Positions 43,084 through 55,524 are shown, counted from the stretch's first letter. The stretch is 64,000 nucleotides of DNA from Tubiluchus corallicola (GCA_030141605.1 JAQGDQ010000586.1:1-64000), one strand, 5' to 3'. Numbers and translations are program-made. Notes: generated by a model from the letters alone, not told the origin.

Positions 43084-44117
43084 TTTACGGTAAAAGTATT
43101 ATAGGCACTGTATTCGTGGAGCAACAGAACTTATTCCACAGGGTTGAAAATAAACGAAATTTTTTGCAAAATGTACTAAAAATGAAATCATAAGAACCCT
43201 TTTAAGCCTTGTAAATGATCGAGCAGCTTACAATAGCATCTGTGTTTGCAAACAAACTTTCACTATAAGTGTAACAGAATCTTATTTAACTACGAAACCA
43301 GAAATAAGTATCCCACACCACTACAGCATATGGAATGAAACAATGTAAACTTGAAAAACATACCGGAATCAAATCTGCCTTAAACGTGTGCGACTCTGAA
43401 TTATAACTACTGACGTACAAAATGATATACATGCATATACAAAAATTAATACTTAATATATATATATAATTTTCCATTATGTGATTATTGCATAAATTCG
43501 TGATTACCAAATTCTCACAGAAACGAGCAGCTTTAGTTACCAAGGCAACTTCGTTAAATTATGTACTTAAATGTACTTAAACAATGTATGACTGTGGAAG
43601 GTAACTCATTACATACAAAATTATATACATTTACAAACAATATACATTACACATACTTGGTTTGCCGAACAAAAGTGGGGAGACGTCGGTCCGAATTTGA
43701 CCATTATTTCCCGAAACTAAGCTAATGCAAGAGGTCCCGTGCATTAGACTCATCATAATGTAGAATAAATTGCCTAACTGTCTCAAAAACGTCGGCAATT
43801 GCCTAAGCACTGGCCGCTCCTATGCAAAAGTATATGAAAACTGTCTGCAATTGACTCAAATTACTCCTCATAATTGACTCTATATATTTATACATAGAGA
43901 TATACACGTGCTTACACTGACGTCCTTGATATAAACAAAGTAACTCCCCGCCAATTAGCGCCAGCTTGTGAAACAATGTACTGGGTCCGTAGTATGTGGA
44001 ACCTTTTAGCGGTCCAGATTTTGCATGATTCTTCTGCTATCCGTAAAAGCGACATCCGGCAAATCATTCTCCTTACATTACTTACGGTCTTCTTACATTC
44101 TGTCAACCTCCATCTTG

Positions 44118-44160
44118 TCACTGCAGACGTCGTGTGTCAATCTTTTCCAACTGCAACAAT
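44118..44160 (-). CDS. MED18: MED18 coding exon 7 (43 nt, includes stop)
   Basis: CAG|A TTG TTG CAG TTG GAA AAG ATT GAC ACA CGA CGT CTG CAG TGA = (P)LLQLEKIDTRRLQ* versus human PLVHLEKIDPKRLM*. The seven exons total 648 nt, an intact frame. Confidence 0.93.
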
Positions 44161-47100
44161 CTGTATTTTATCAAGTTAAGAAAACTACAAACAACTGGTG
44201 CCAAACTAGAAAAAACTACCAATAAGTCGACCACAGGTAAATGGGATTCCTACTTAGGTTGCCACGAGAAAAATTCCAAAAACTGGATTCCAAATAAGAT
44301 GGGATGGGACAGAATGCCAACTTCAAAGTGTCAAAAAAGCCATGACACTTCTCAGTCTTAAAACAATTCTTTATGCATTCTAAGCGTCAGTAAAGTTTGA
44401 CACTGTTGGTTATAGTGTCTGTGACCACTGGAATTCCTGGAAATTCAATAAGAGGTTCCACAGGAATTGTGAGCGATGAAGAAGGGAACAAAACAGCAAA
44501 TTTCCTCATGAACAACCTTAACTCCTTCAACTGTAAGCGTTTGCTACATTTTGCATGGGTTCATGAAAGACTGCTCTCACTAAGCAGTGATTTCGTTACA
44601 TTTGACAATTTTGGTAGGTTTCTACTCCTCACACAATGGATTTTCATGCAAAATTATACATGAAATGCATTTGCTTACCTTAGACAAATTAAAAATTGAT
44701 TTTTGAAGTATAAATTGAAAAAAGCTTTCAGTAACTGCAGTGTTTCCACTGTAACAAAGTACAGTATTACTTGTGTGAAATCAGCTAATGTAGAAAATTT
44801 CAACTATCCAGACACAACATTCTGACACACTTATGGCCTCAAGTCCACTCTAATTTTAAGCAGAAATTCCTGTTAAAAGATGAAACGACCTTAATTTCAC
44901 TTTGGCTGATCGGTTGGTTTTTCCTGGAACTCTGTACATCAGCCAGATCTCTTGGGCTGCAGCAAGCAGGCGATCAATAAATTAGTGTGTACAATCACGC
45001 AAGTGTACACCAGACTAAGCTACTCAATAGACTAAGTTGGAGTGCCTGAAAAGGGCATGTTTTTCTTAATTTTATCCAATTAAATCACTTATAAATGTTT
45101 AGATAAATAGCATCATTGGATAGCCACGATTCTCCTGAATAGAACAGTACCTAATTTGTAATCGTTTAGTTATGTCTGTGCTCATATGGTAGCAGACAAG
45201 TCATAGATCTTGTAAGACTCATTTTGAATGATGCGGCCCGGATGTTAAATAGCAAATGTAATACAGATTCAAATAGTGTTAAGTAGGTGTGCCACAAGGT
45301 TGAATTTTAGCACCACTGTTATTTATTTCTCACGCAGAAGATATGAAGGCACGCAAAGGAGTTTATGAAAACATTTTCAGCTCATAGAGCGATTCAGTAA
45401 ATTACCCGGTGAGAGGTCATTGGTGGACTCGTTAATGTAGTTTTGCACTTTAAAAGCCTAAGCACAGTATTCGATGATGACTTACCACACTGTCAAATGG
45501 TTGTTGCGAAACCAGACCTAGTTCACTACAAAGAAGAATTCTCTAGAATGAGTTAGTGAACCAGAAAAGGAGTCCTTACCACATCAAGCCGATACATATT
45601 TTTGTCAGTGAAATCCATTGCAGGAAACACACTAATGGATGAAATTGCTTTGGAGCAATGCTAGTACACAAACCATCCAGGCGTGAAGCTGCTTAACTAA
45701 TGTAGTAAAGCACATGCTATGACAGCTCAGCTGTTCCTCTAAGCTACTGGTCCACAGTAACATGTGCGGGCATAATCAACTTAGGCATTAGAAGCCATTA
45801 CAAGTGCATCCATACTACTATTAAACAGTGACAGCTCAGTTTGTGATATTTTGCCCCCCCCCCCACTCAAAAACTCAAAATTCGGATGTAGTTTCTTTGA
45901 GGAAGATGAATATCCGTTAGGAGTAGACTCACGCTTAAACGACACCTCTAAATCTCATCAGAAAACAGAGTATGGTAACATCAATTGTTGCGAAATCCAA
46001 AGGGATGATGCTCCGGGGAAGAAGATGAGATCACAGATTCAATGACTTGGAATTCTACTCACAAAGACAAGTGAAACGTTTACTAAGCGTTAGTAAATGC
46101 CGCTTTAGCTACTTTGATAAACAATGGAAAATTCCGCAAAGAACATCAAGCTAACCCCTCGGCGGGGACTAGAGCGGATCGTTTCTAATTTGTTAAAACA
46201 TCAAACTTCATTAGTTAGCAATTAAACGCTTGACGCACGGTGAAAACTTAAGCAGCGTCCTGAGAGAGCTTGAGCTATTAGACAATTTGAAAGGCTCATT
46301 TTGTTGTTTGCGCTAATGACGGGAATTACGCTTGACAGTAATGCCACACTCGCTAGTGGGGAAAATACAACAAGAAGTATCCATAGCGACGGATAATCGT
46401 CACAAACTAATCAATCGACTGAGCTTTATTGTGTGACTGAAGATATGCTAGAATGAGCCAGGATAATTGTTCAAATCACTCATCTTTCACTACTTTAATA
46501 TATAAAAAGCACAAAAGCAGCAACAGTAACAACAGCAACAGCAACAGCGACAACAAGAACAGCACAGCAGCAACAAGAACAAGATCAAGGCCAAGGCCAA
46601 CAACAAGAACAAGACAAGAACAAGAAGAACAAGAACAAAAAGAACAAAAGCAAGAAGAACAAGAACAAAAAGAACAAGAACAAGACAAGAACAAGAAGAA
46701 CAAGAACAAAAAGAACAAGAACAAGAAGAACAAGAACAAGAAGAACAAGAACAAAAAGAACAAGAACAAGAAGAGAACAACAAGAACAAGAAAATAAGAA
46801 CAGGAACAAGAACAAAAACAACAGCAACAGCAACAATGGTAATGGCAACGCCAACAACAACAGCAACAACACCAGCAATGGCAACAACAACAACAAGCCT
46901 GAGATGAACAGCCAAGTGCTCAGGATGTGCTTCGTGACCGAAATTAAGCGATGGTGAAGTCGGTCACTGAACGGGTCCAGGTTCAATACTTGCTGGTTGT
47001 TTACCATGCAGAGAGAGGCTGTATTCATATTTGAATATTTGAATAAGCCTAAGGCACCTCCACTGGTTCAGTGTTTCATCTTAGAGAATAGTCCTCGATA

Positions 47101-47321
47101 ATGAACTAGGCTGTGATCTCGCCACAAAGACCGGCTAAGCAACCACAGTGAAACTAATGTTTTCTGTGTGAACAGGGTGTCACGTTACCAAACATACCAC
47201 CAGGCAAATGGCAAGGCATACACAAAAGCAACATCAAACAAACAACGACGAGGAAACAGACAGCAACAACAAAGTCCGCGACAATAACGACAATGATGGT
47301 GATGACCGCGACCAAGGATAC
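44161..47321 (-). other. U12-type (minor spliceosome) GT-AG intron, last intron of MED18
   Basis: 5' splice site GTATCCTT at 47321-47314. Branch site TTTTCTTAAC at 44184-44175, ending 14 nt before the exon. No polypyrimidine tract (TTGATAAAATACAG). Confidence 0.92.
46515..46895. repeat. (AAC/AAG) compound repeat inside the U12 intron
   Basis: Direct reading. Confidence 0.95.
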
Positions 47322-47368
47322 GGTTTTAGTTGATCTGCAAATGTCCTCATGTCGTCTGCAACAGCATC
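47322..47368 (-). CDS. MED18: MED18 coding exon 6 (47 nt), ends at a U12-type donor
   Basis: TTTTCTTCACAG|GAT...AAACC|GTATCCTT. Encodes DAVADDMRTFADQLK(P) versus human DMVSDDMKNFAEQLKP. Confidence 0.95.
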
Positions 47369-47724
47369 CTGTGAAGAAAAACGAGACAAGTTTTACGACG
47401 AAACACGAGTAATCATAGAATAGTTTGACTGCCCTCAGTTTATAAAGTTAATGCTAAAGATAATTTATCACTTTCAATAGATTCAATATTGCTGGTGTCC
47501 ACAAAGGAAAGGCGCTTGATCACCCAAAAGCTAGTAATAGCTGTCAAAATATCAGACACTGATTAAATGCCAGAGAAAGTCAAAGTGTGGCAAAAAATGA
47601 TGCTTACAATAGCCCAAAAATCCGCACTTTGTTGGAGAAAGGTTGAGTAAAAAATTTCTTTTTTTGATCAAAATACAAAAGTTGAATATGCGGCCTTGAA
47701 AAAAGTAGTGTTTCAAGGTAAATT

Positions 47725-47785
47725 CTTTATAAATGTTAAACAGAACAGGGCCTAAGGTAGAACCATGAGGCACACCACTTATATG
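47725..47785 (-). mobile_element. Short reverse-transcriptase fragment (CR1/L2-group LINE)
   Basis: Peptide SGVPHGSTLGPVLFNIY resembles the RT motif GVPQGSxLGPxLFxIY. Confidence 0.65.
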
Positions 47786-49599
47786 CGCAACTGGGCCTGT
47801 CCTGTTATTCTGTTCTATTCTCATCAATTAGTAAAATTTAATCACTTCTTAACCAGAAACAACGCCGACCTAAGTTAGGTGGAAAAGCCAAATGTGAACT
47901 AATAATTTCTACCTACATTTCGCAGTAGTGAATAACTGGTACTTGATTCATTATTCTCTATTACAATTGCAGACGTTTGTAACAAGTTAATTATGAATTT
48001 TTATTGTGTACTTGACGTAATACTTCTAAAAACTTTGGTTTTTGTGTAGAAAGTGCAAAAACATTATCAACTGATGTTAAACTCACTCCTAACGATCAAG
48101 GAAATGGCAAGCCAAAGTAGGCCTCAGAAAATTCGCAATAAAAAATTGTATCACCTAAGTATAATCTTAAGCGAATAAAGTACTCACGTTTTCGCATTTA
48201 CTCCAATTTTTGTAAAATATTTCAACCGCTGCAGTAAATGTTGGCGCAGACGTGTTTATTTAGTCCGCCAATTGAAAAGCCAGCACGTGACTGATCACGT
48301 GGCATGACATCAGTCGAACACAATCGCAGTGAGTTCTGAGCACGTGTACTATAAAGATTTGGGTTGTGGTTCTGTGACGGCATCCAATATGGCGCCACCA
48401 TGACAGTCTCGCGGGAGTATTTAAAATGAAAACAAACAGGAAATTCTTTTAACGTGAGTATGATAAATGCTTAAGATTGCCTCTAACTGTTATAATTCTT
48501 TAGCGAAAATTTTCTGAGACTTGCTTTAACTAGGCCTTTTCTTGTCATTTAACACCAAGGTTATTGACATTTAACTTCAAAGCTTTGTAATGGCCTAACA
48601 TATTAAAAGGGAAGAAAAGAGAAATTATTTTAAATTCTATCCCAAAAAAAACTACACAAAGATATGTTACTTAGAATTATGCTTACCTATTAGAAAGACC
48701 TATGTCATTAGAAAATAAATTAATAATTTAAAACATTCGTGCCACGTGGCAAAACAGCACTGCATTGACATCCCAGTGTGCACCACTGACTCACAAAAAA
48801 CACATTATTAATCTTACTGACAAAACAAAATACTTTATGCTTTTGTTTAGTTAGTCAAATGTGTGCTACGAATGCTCTGATTATTTTTCTCAAGCTATAT
48901 GCAATGTTATTTAAACTTGTTTCAAACGACTTACCGTTGAAATAGCTGTATCTAACGATCATCGGCGGGAGTTTAAATTTACAAGTTTTTAATCAGCGTT
49001 GCTACTAATGCAAGCTCTTTATGCAATAAGACAGCAATTTTTAAGCTTTATTTACGAAGAGTTTTTTCTTGCACTTTAACTAACATCCATTCTAGTCTAT
49101 TCCATACTTTTTGGATTCTATTCCATTCTGTTCTACTAGTGCAAGCACATGCGCACAAGCCGCACATCATAATCTGCTAATGTAGAGATAACACATCTAT
49201 AAAATACTCCGCTCCAGACACCTAATTATATCTGGAGGTGGGCGTTTGTTACTAGTAATCAAGGAGATTCTTTCCAAGGGATTATTTTACCTACAACGTC
49301 TTTGCAAATCACATAGCATCTCACTAAGTAATGAAGATTACACGCACGAGTCACTTAACAATCTAAACATTGCCACCAAATGACAAAAAGGCAACTGTAT
49401 GAAATGTCACAGACAAGATGAAAAGATATATGCAACACAATACTTACTCTGGACAAATTAGATACAGACATAAATTACATCAACGTCATTAATTCAAATC
49501 AAGGCAGTTAGTTAAAGGATATTCCTTTCTAAACAAATACCAGTCATAACTAGCAGTGAACATCAAACATTCAAATTGATTCGAACGAGATTTTTTAGT

Positions 49600-50295
49600 A
49601 TGTGACCAGTGGCATACCACAGGGAAGCGTGCTTGGACCTATTTTATTCACTATTTATATAAATGATCTTCTTGTCTGAGATAAATCCAAAAAATGTAAG
49701 ATATTCTTTGCAACACTATGAATTGATCCTGCCAGAATATGATATGTTCAGCAATTTGGATGGAAGAGGCATCGTCCTTTACGTGAAATCTAATTTGGCA
49801 CCAATCCAAGTCATGCACTTATCAAATATTTTCACCTCCTCTTTATGGGCTAAGATTGTTTTGCTAAATGGTAAAGAAGTTTTATTTGGAGACGTATACC
49901 GAAGTCCATCATCTGGTCATAAGGAAAATGAAAACCTGTTGGGATTGTTGGTACAGTTAGACAAAAGAAAAGAAAAACTGAAAGTATGTGGAGATTTCAA
50001 TTTTAGTAAAATAAACTGGAGTACGTGGAGTGCTTCTACACCAAAAATTAGTTTAGAGAACACATTCTTGGACACTCTACGTGATGGATATATGGAGCAG
50101 CTAGTAACTTTTCCAATTAGATATAGGGTTGGCCAAAATCCTACTTTATTGATTGTTAATAACCCGCACATTGTATCAAACCTGCAGTCACATTCACCAA
50201 TTGGCAAAAGTGACCACTTAGTTATATCATGCAGCATCGAAGCTTCCTGGGAAGTTAAGATTACTAATTATAAGAAGTATAACTTTTACAGTTAA
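49600..50295 (+). mobile_element. CR1-group LINE relics: RT-motif fragment (49600-49670) joined to an APE endonuclease fragment (49663-50295)
   Basis: VTSGIPQGSVLGPILFTIYINDL, then IFLSE...GRGIVLYVK...VYRSPSS...GDFNFSKINW...PIGKSDHLVI (apurinic-like endonuclease motifs). Confidence 0.85.
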
Positions 50296-50930
50296 GACAA
50301 GATAAGAAAAGCTATGACAAGCCAAGACCAGGCCAAGCAAGGCAAGGCAAGGCAAGATAACATAGGATAAGACAAGCCAAGACAAGAAAAGCTAAGACAA
50401 GACAAGACAAGACAAAACATTTATTCAGAATAACTTTACCAAGCAAAGCTCGTTTACAACAAGGTGCAGACTGGTGCACAGTTTACAAGCAACATTCAGG
50501 CTAATGCCAAAAACACCAGAACACACAGAAAATATGTCAAAATTTAAAAACAGCTCAAAAAGACGAAATTTAAAAGCACAGTACAATTAATTAGAATAAC
50601 GCACTTGATGAAATCTTTAAGGTGAACCTTAAACAAGTTGATACTGCTGTTGCTTCTTAATTCATTTAATAAAGAATTCCATACTTTAGCCCCCCTCCCC
50701 CCCCTGTAGTTTAGAGATGTTCGTCCAGCTCGTGTTCGACATAATGGCATTTCTAATTCATTTCTTGTGGCTGACCTAGTTCAATACGGATGCGAATGTT
50801 CAAAAATTTTGCTTATAAAGGATGTCGATTAACGGAGTGTTACTGCGAACACAAGCTCTGTGTGCAATAAGGCAGTATGTAAGCGATATAAAATTTCGAC
50901 GGATTTTTTTTAGCCTTAGTGTTTTCATGT
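50296..50930 (-). mobile_element. L2/CR1-group LINE 3' end with (TTGTC)n tail
   Basis: ORF 50544-50750 ...YRG..AKVWNSL...SINLFKVHLK. Minus-strand AATAAA at ~50425, then a pentamer tail at 50296-50415. Confidence 0.7.
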
Positions 50931-51374
50931 ACTTTGAGCTCTGACGAGAATTAGCACTATTTATTGTCAGTATAAATGAACAAACACACGGAAACTTGGC
51001 CCTGCAAAATTACTTTCATGCCTGTAGTTATCACTTGATAATTAGCCTTATTAGGCCACGCAGGCGACGCAAAACACAATTAGACCGGTAATTTGGGCGG
51101 TGGTAACACGGCACAGAACTGTCTATTTCCTTAATGAGGATGGCGCGGCTTCTCGGTGATAAAACTAATTAGAGCAGGTGGGCGTATATCATCAAAGATG
51201 CTGATGAGGCACAGGTGAGTTTCAGGTAATCTGATTATGCAGCATTTACTCATTCACTACAGCCGACAGGTGCTAACGAGCCACACGGCAAACAAGATGG
51301 ACGACAAGCATTGTTCGAGGGAGACAGAATTAGTCCGCCAACTCCATAAAGAGAGTAGAGCGCTCTTCCCTAGG

Positions 51375-51800
51375 TAGGCGTGAGCATCGAAGTTTTTTAG
51401 TTCGAATTCGATTCGAAGCTAAAATTATAGATTCGAATATTTCAGCACTTCAACTACGTACGTTCTTTATCATTAAAATGTTTGAAACATCGTGCAGTCG
51501 GCTCAATTTATCTATGATTTCTGTGCACAAATTTTTAAACAAATTATCAATACTGCAGAGGAAAATCAAGCAATATGCATGATCTTTGTAAGATCGCTTT
51601 TTACTGGTGGTTCGAAAATGTTGTTCGAGCATCTTTCCAACTCAATTCAAATTCGATGAGTTTGAAAAATTTTCAAACAAGTTTTCGAACCTAGGGACGT
51701 ATTCGAATTCGAAATACTGAAATTCGGTTAGATGCGAATTCGAAAGTTACAAATTCGATTCGATTTGAATTCGCGTAGTGACAGAGAATGCTCACCCCTT
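51375..51800 (+). mobile_element. MITE family 2 copy, hAT-like
   Basis: TAGGCGTGAGCAT...ATGCTCACCCCTT termini; the 8-bp flanks TCCCTAGG / CTCCTAGG resemble a decayed hAT TSD. Confidence 0.75.
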
Positions 51801-52031
51801 CTCCTAGGGAGAGTTTAGCATCCGGAAGTGACATCCGGAAAGACTGCGAAACGTTAAATAGACATTGCAAGTTTTAAAGATTTAAGTTTAACTACTTTAA
51901 AACTCGGGATATAGTAACTTTCATTCCAAAATCCATTACAACACATCAGCTAACCTTTCTCAAGCTGTCACCAGACATATTTAATAGATCGAGGGGTAGC
52001 AAAACCGTAATAAAGTGTCTCACCATGACTA

Positions 52032-52516
52032 CAGTCAACCTCGGGTATAAGGTACTCGCTCATAAGGGACCACCAACACCGGTCCCGATTTTTCGTAACG
52101 TTTTCCTGTGTAAAAATCTTCGTATATACGGGACTTTCCGTTATAAGGGACTTTCGGTTATGAGGGACGACATCGTCAGGTCCCGCGTAATAGAAACCCA
52201 GGTAAATTACCTCGCGTATAAGGGACCCTATGATCAAAGCGAAATTGATGGATTTTCAACCTCAAATTTCCGCAAACTCGACCTTCGAACAGCTCGGTTT
52301 CCGCGGTCACATACATCTCGCATCACTGAAGGAGCTTCCTACGTACCGTTTGCACTGAATGTGTAGCAGTAATCCATAAAAATATGGGTAAAAGTACAGA
52401 AAAGTACAGGTCTAGATACACCCTCGGTCTGACTCAACTTCGGCTATAATGGACATCGGATATAAGGGACAATTTTTTCCAGTCCTGGAGACGTCCTGTA
52501 TATCCAAGGTTGGCTG
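52032..52516 (+). mobile_element. Tc1/mariner (pogo/Tigger-like) MITE family 5
   Basis: TA|CAGTCAACCTCGG...CCAAGGTTGGCTG|TA with internal TATAAGGGAC subrepeats. Copies at 59038-59527 and, truncated, at 54293-54620. Confidence 0.85.
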
Positions 52517-52662
52517 TATATTCATTTACACAAAAATTCCAGAATAAATGTTTATCGAATAAAATGCTGGGATATTGACAGCTGACTCAAAAATACAGAC
52601 CAGGAAATAAATCAGGATTAAATTTAACTTGCGTTATAATGTGTGTTTAAAGTGCAAATTGA

Positions 52663-52990
52663 CCAGACGGTATAGCTCGGTAGCGTGCTCGCTTCACGTA
52701 CGGGAGATCTCGGGTTCAGCTCCCGAATGAGTCATACCAAGGAGTTGAAAGTAGCAGCACTGGCTCTTCGACGAAGCACGCAGGTTTATTGAACTAACAT
52801 TGGGACAACCTTGGAAATAAGTATGCGTTACTTGAGGTGTTGTCCTTGGACTATGTCTTACACAAAATCCTACACGAGTCAACAATTGCATATTACTATA
52901 ATTATTATTATCACCATCATTATTATTATTACTATTATTATTGTCATCATCATCATCATTATTATCATTATTGTCGTCGTCGTCGTTGTC
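52663..52990 (+). mobile_element. Candidate tRNA-derived SINE with ATT/ATC simple-repeat tail
   Basis: GGTATAGCTCGGTAGCG (A box) and GGGTTCAGCTCCC (B box/T arm), followed by GAGTCATACCAA. The 3' extent is uncertain. Confidence 0.55.
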
Positions 52991-53207
52991 GAACCTAATC
53001 GTCGAACTACCTTATTCACTGTAATTTTTTCACAACAGCTGCACAATCTCTAGTTTTGCAAACACAGAAAAACAGAAATTCAAACAGTGCAAAATCCGAC
53101 AAACGTTTCCGTCGGAGATGGATCGGACTTGGATCCATTAAAGTTACCGGATCTTCACATCCGAAATCGGAACCAGTGCATCCCTAGTAATTGCTACATC
53201 ATTTCTT

Positions 53208-53872
53208 GAGCAAGTCAGAGCAAAAAAGTAGTGCACTTAGGAGCTGTTGGTTTGTTATGCATGTCGATTTTCCCAGGTGAGTGATAGCTGAAATTATTCC
53301 TGCCTTTTTGCCATTCAAATTATGTTCTCAAAGTGCACTTTGAGGCTTTCATAGCTAATCTGCACATGTCTCTTGTGGTTGGACGATGTTTTACAGTGAA
53401 GATTTACTACGATATTGATGTTTTAATCTTATGCAACTGGGAAAAATTTGATACGTCGTCTTCATGTAAAACTTGCCTGATTGCTGTGATTAAGTGGACT
53501 TAAAATATCAATTACCTTGTTTCGTGCATAATTTAAAATACCCAACTATCAAGGATGCATGATACCTAATTGTCTCAAGAACAACTAAGTACTGGCCGCT
53601 CCTATGCAAAAGTATATAAAAACTGTCTGCAATTGACTCAAATAAGTCCGCACAATTGATTCTATATTTTTATACATAGAGATAAACACGTGGTTGCACT
53701 GATGTACGTGATGTAAACAAAGTGACGACCTGCCAACTAGCGGACAGCTTGAGAAATAATGTACTGGGTCCGTAAAAATTTTCTCAACGAATTTACACGA
53801 TTTACAAAAATGGCAGTACTGGTCTTCCAAAAACTCGGAATTCCACGTATCCGTGGAAAATTCTCATCCCTG
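53208..53872 (+). repeat. ~660-bp near-identical dispersed duplicate of 60940-61603, ending in a hAT-like terminus CATCCCTG
   Basis: Both copies run from GAGCAAGTCAGAGCAAAAAAGTAGTGCAC to GGAAAATTCTCATCCCTG with few substitutions. Diverged relatives at 43680-44065, 60745-60935 and 62465-62880. Confidence 0.9.
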
Positions 53873-53899
53873 TTTAATATCATGAACACTTCGTTCTAA

Positions 53900-54200
53900 T
53901 GCTAATGAACAAATTAATTTACATCATTCATTTCCTAATACAGTTCTCTATGATGAAAAAGCTTTTACCTGTCTGAGCTTCAAGTCTCTGGAATAACTTA
54001 CCTGTTGCTACAGGCTCTACAAATTCATTCGATTGTTTTAAACAACACCTTAAAACAAATTTGTTTTGATCGTACTTTTTACGATGAATTATTTTTAATT
54101 TTTAATGTCTTTTAAATTTTCTGATGAATGTTAAATGTATTTTGTTGTTCAGCTGAGATTTTAAATGATGTAGTGTGTTATGCAAATAAATTTTGCATTA
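53900..54200 (+). mobile_element. L2-like LINE 3' end
   Basis: Translates ...ASSLWNNLP...SFDCFKQHLKTNLF, then an AT-rich UTR and AATAAA at 54185. Confidence 0.65.
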
Positions 54201-54844
54201 TATTACATTCAAGGGTGTTATAATAGTTAAATAAATGATGAAAGTTCGTTATTTTTTTCGTAATCTTGCATTTCCGATGCGTACACAAATCATGTTAACC
54301 TCGGGTATAAGGTACTCTCTTATAAAGGACCACCAACACCGGTCCCCATTTTTCCTAACGTTTTTCCTGTATAAAATCTTCGTATATGAGCTACTCGGAT
54401 ATAAGGGACTTTCGGTTATAAGGGATGACATCTTCAAGTCGATAATAGAAACCCAAGTAAATTACCTCGCATATAAGGGACCCTATCATCAAAGTAAAAT
54501 TGATCGATTTTTAACCTCAATTTTTCGCAAACTCGGCCTTCGAACAGCTCGGTTTCCGCGGTCACATACAACTCGCATCACTGAAGAAGCTTCCTACATA
54601 CCATTTGCACTGAATGTGTAACAAATAAATTTTGCATTACTTGCTGAAAATTTTAGCAACAATGACACACAAAGTTTCTTTAGGGAATTAATTTTTTTTA
54701 ATTGTTGTTTTAAAACTACTGTAAGATAATGGCTTAAAGATTTTGTGTTTATACACAAATGTGTGTGACACCAATCTGGTCATTTTCAAACAATTTCATT
54801 ACTTAATAATAATTACTTACAATATTATCATCATATAATAACAA

Positions 54845-55500
54845 TGTGTGTGCTTGTACGGCAAAATCATCCATACGTCGGCAATTAAGCTTTTCTTGTT
54901 ATCCACATATCCTGAATCTCCATTTCATGAAGATCATTTTGATACCAAGTTCATCACTTTATGTTATTTCTAAGGTGAGATAATCCACGTTGAAGTTGAG
55001 GTGCAGGCTGCGCACTGAGAAACATAATCTTGAGAAAATCACTGTTAAAGTTGGCCATTGTTTTTTGTCTCGTTTCTACAAAACACTTAGCAACCGTACG
55101 AAAGTGCGGTTGCTACGGATTATGCAAGAACACATTGTAGTTATGTTTACATCCAGTAGATGGCTCTTTCTGACGAAGATCTGGGCTTGGCAACAGAAAA
55201 AATCGGAAGCAAAACGATTGATTCCATGAGCTACTATTGGAGTTTAAAAATACAAGTTTTTTGAAATTGCAGTACTAGTTTATAGGCAGAGAAGTGAGTA
55301 CAGGGTTATATTTAGTATTTTTTGGACATTTTCTTGATAATTTAATGCTAGAGTATAAAAGTCCATTATGTTTACTATTTGTGTTTATAAAAAACAAAAA
55401 TTAACTTTAGACCAAGATTTTAGGTCATTCTACTTTGAAGCATCATAATGTAGTTTTAACTTTGCTGACTTATGGACGGTTTTGGTTTGCAAGCACACAT
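54845..55500 (-). mobile_element. MITE family 3 copy, ending ~25 bp from the MED18 exon 5 donor
   Basis: TGTGTGCTTGTACGGCAAAATCATCCATA / TATGGACGGTTTTGGTTTGCAAGCACACA; interior is the reverse complement of 33612-34238. Confidence 0.8.
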
Positions 55501-55524
55501 ATAAATATTACAGAGTTTACCAAC

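Noticed and set aside
49663-50295. Domesticated or host endonuclease gene
   Set aside because: Has CR1-type LINE APE motifs, is truncated at both ends, lies among other LINE debris, and is antisense within a MED18 intron.
52025-52366. Paralogous ORFs at 52025-52366 and 54235-54621
   Set aside because: Both are chance frames within copies of the same non-coding MITE.
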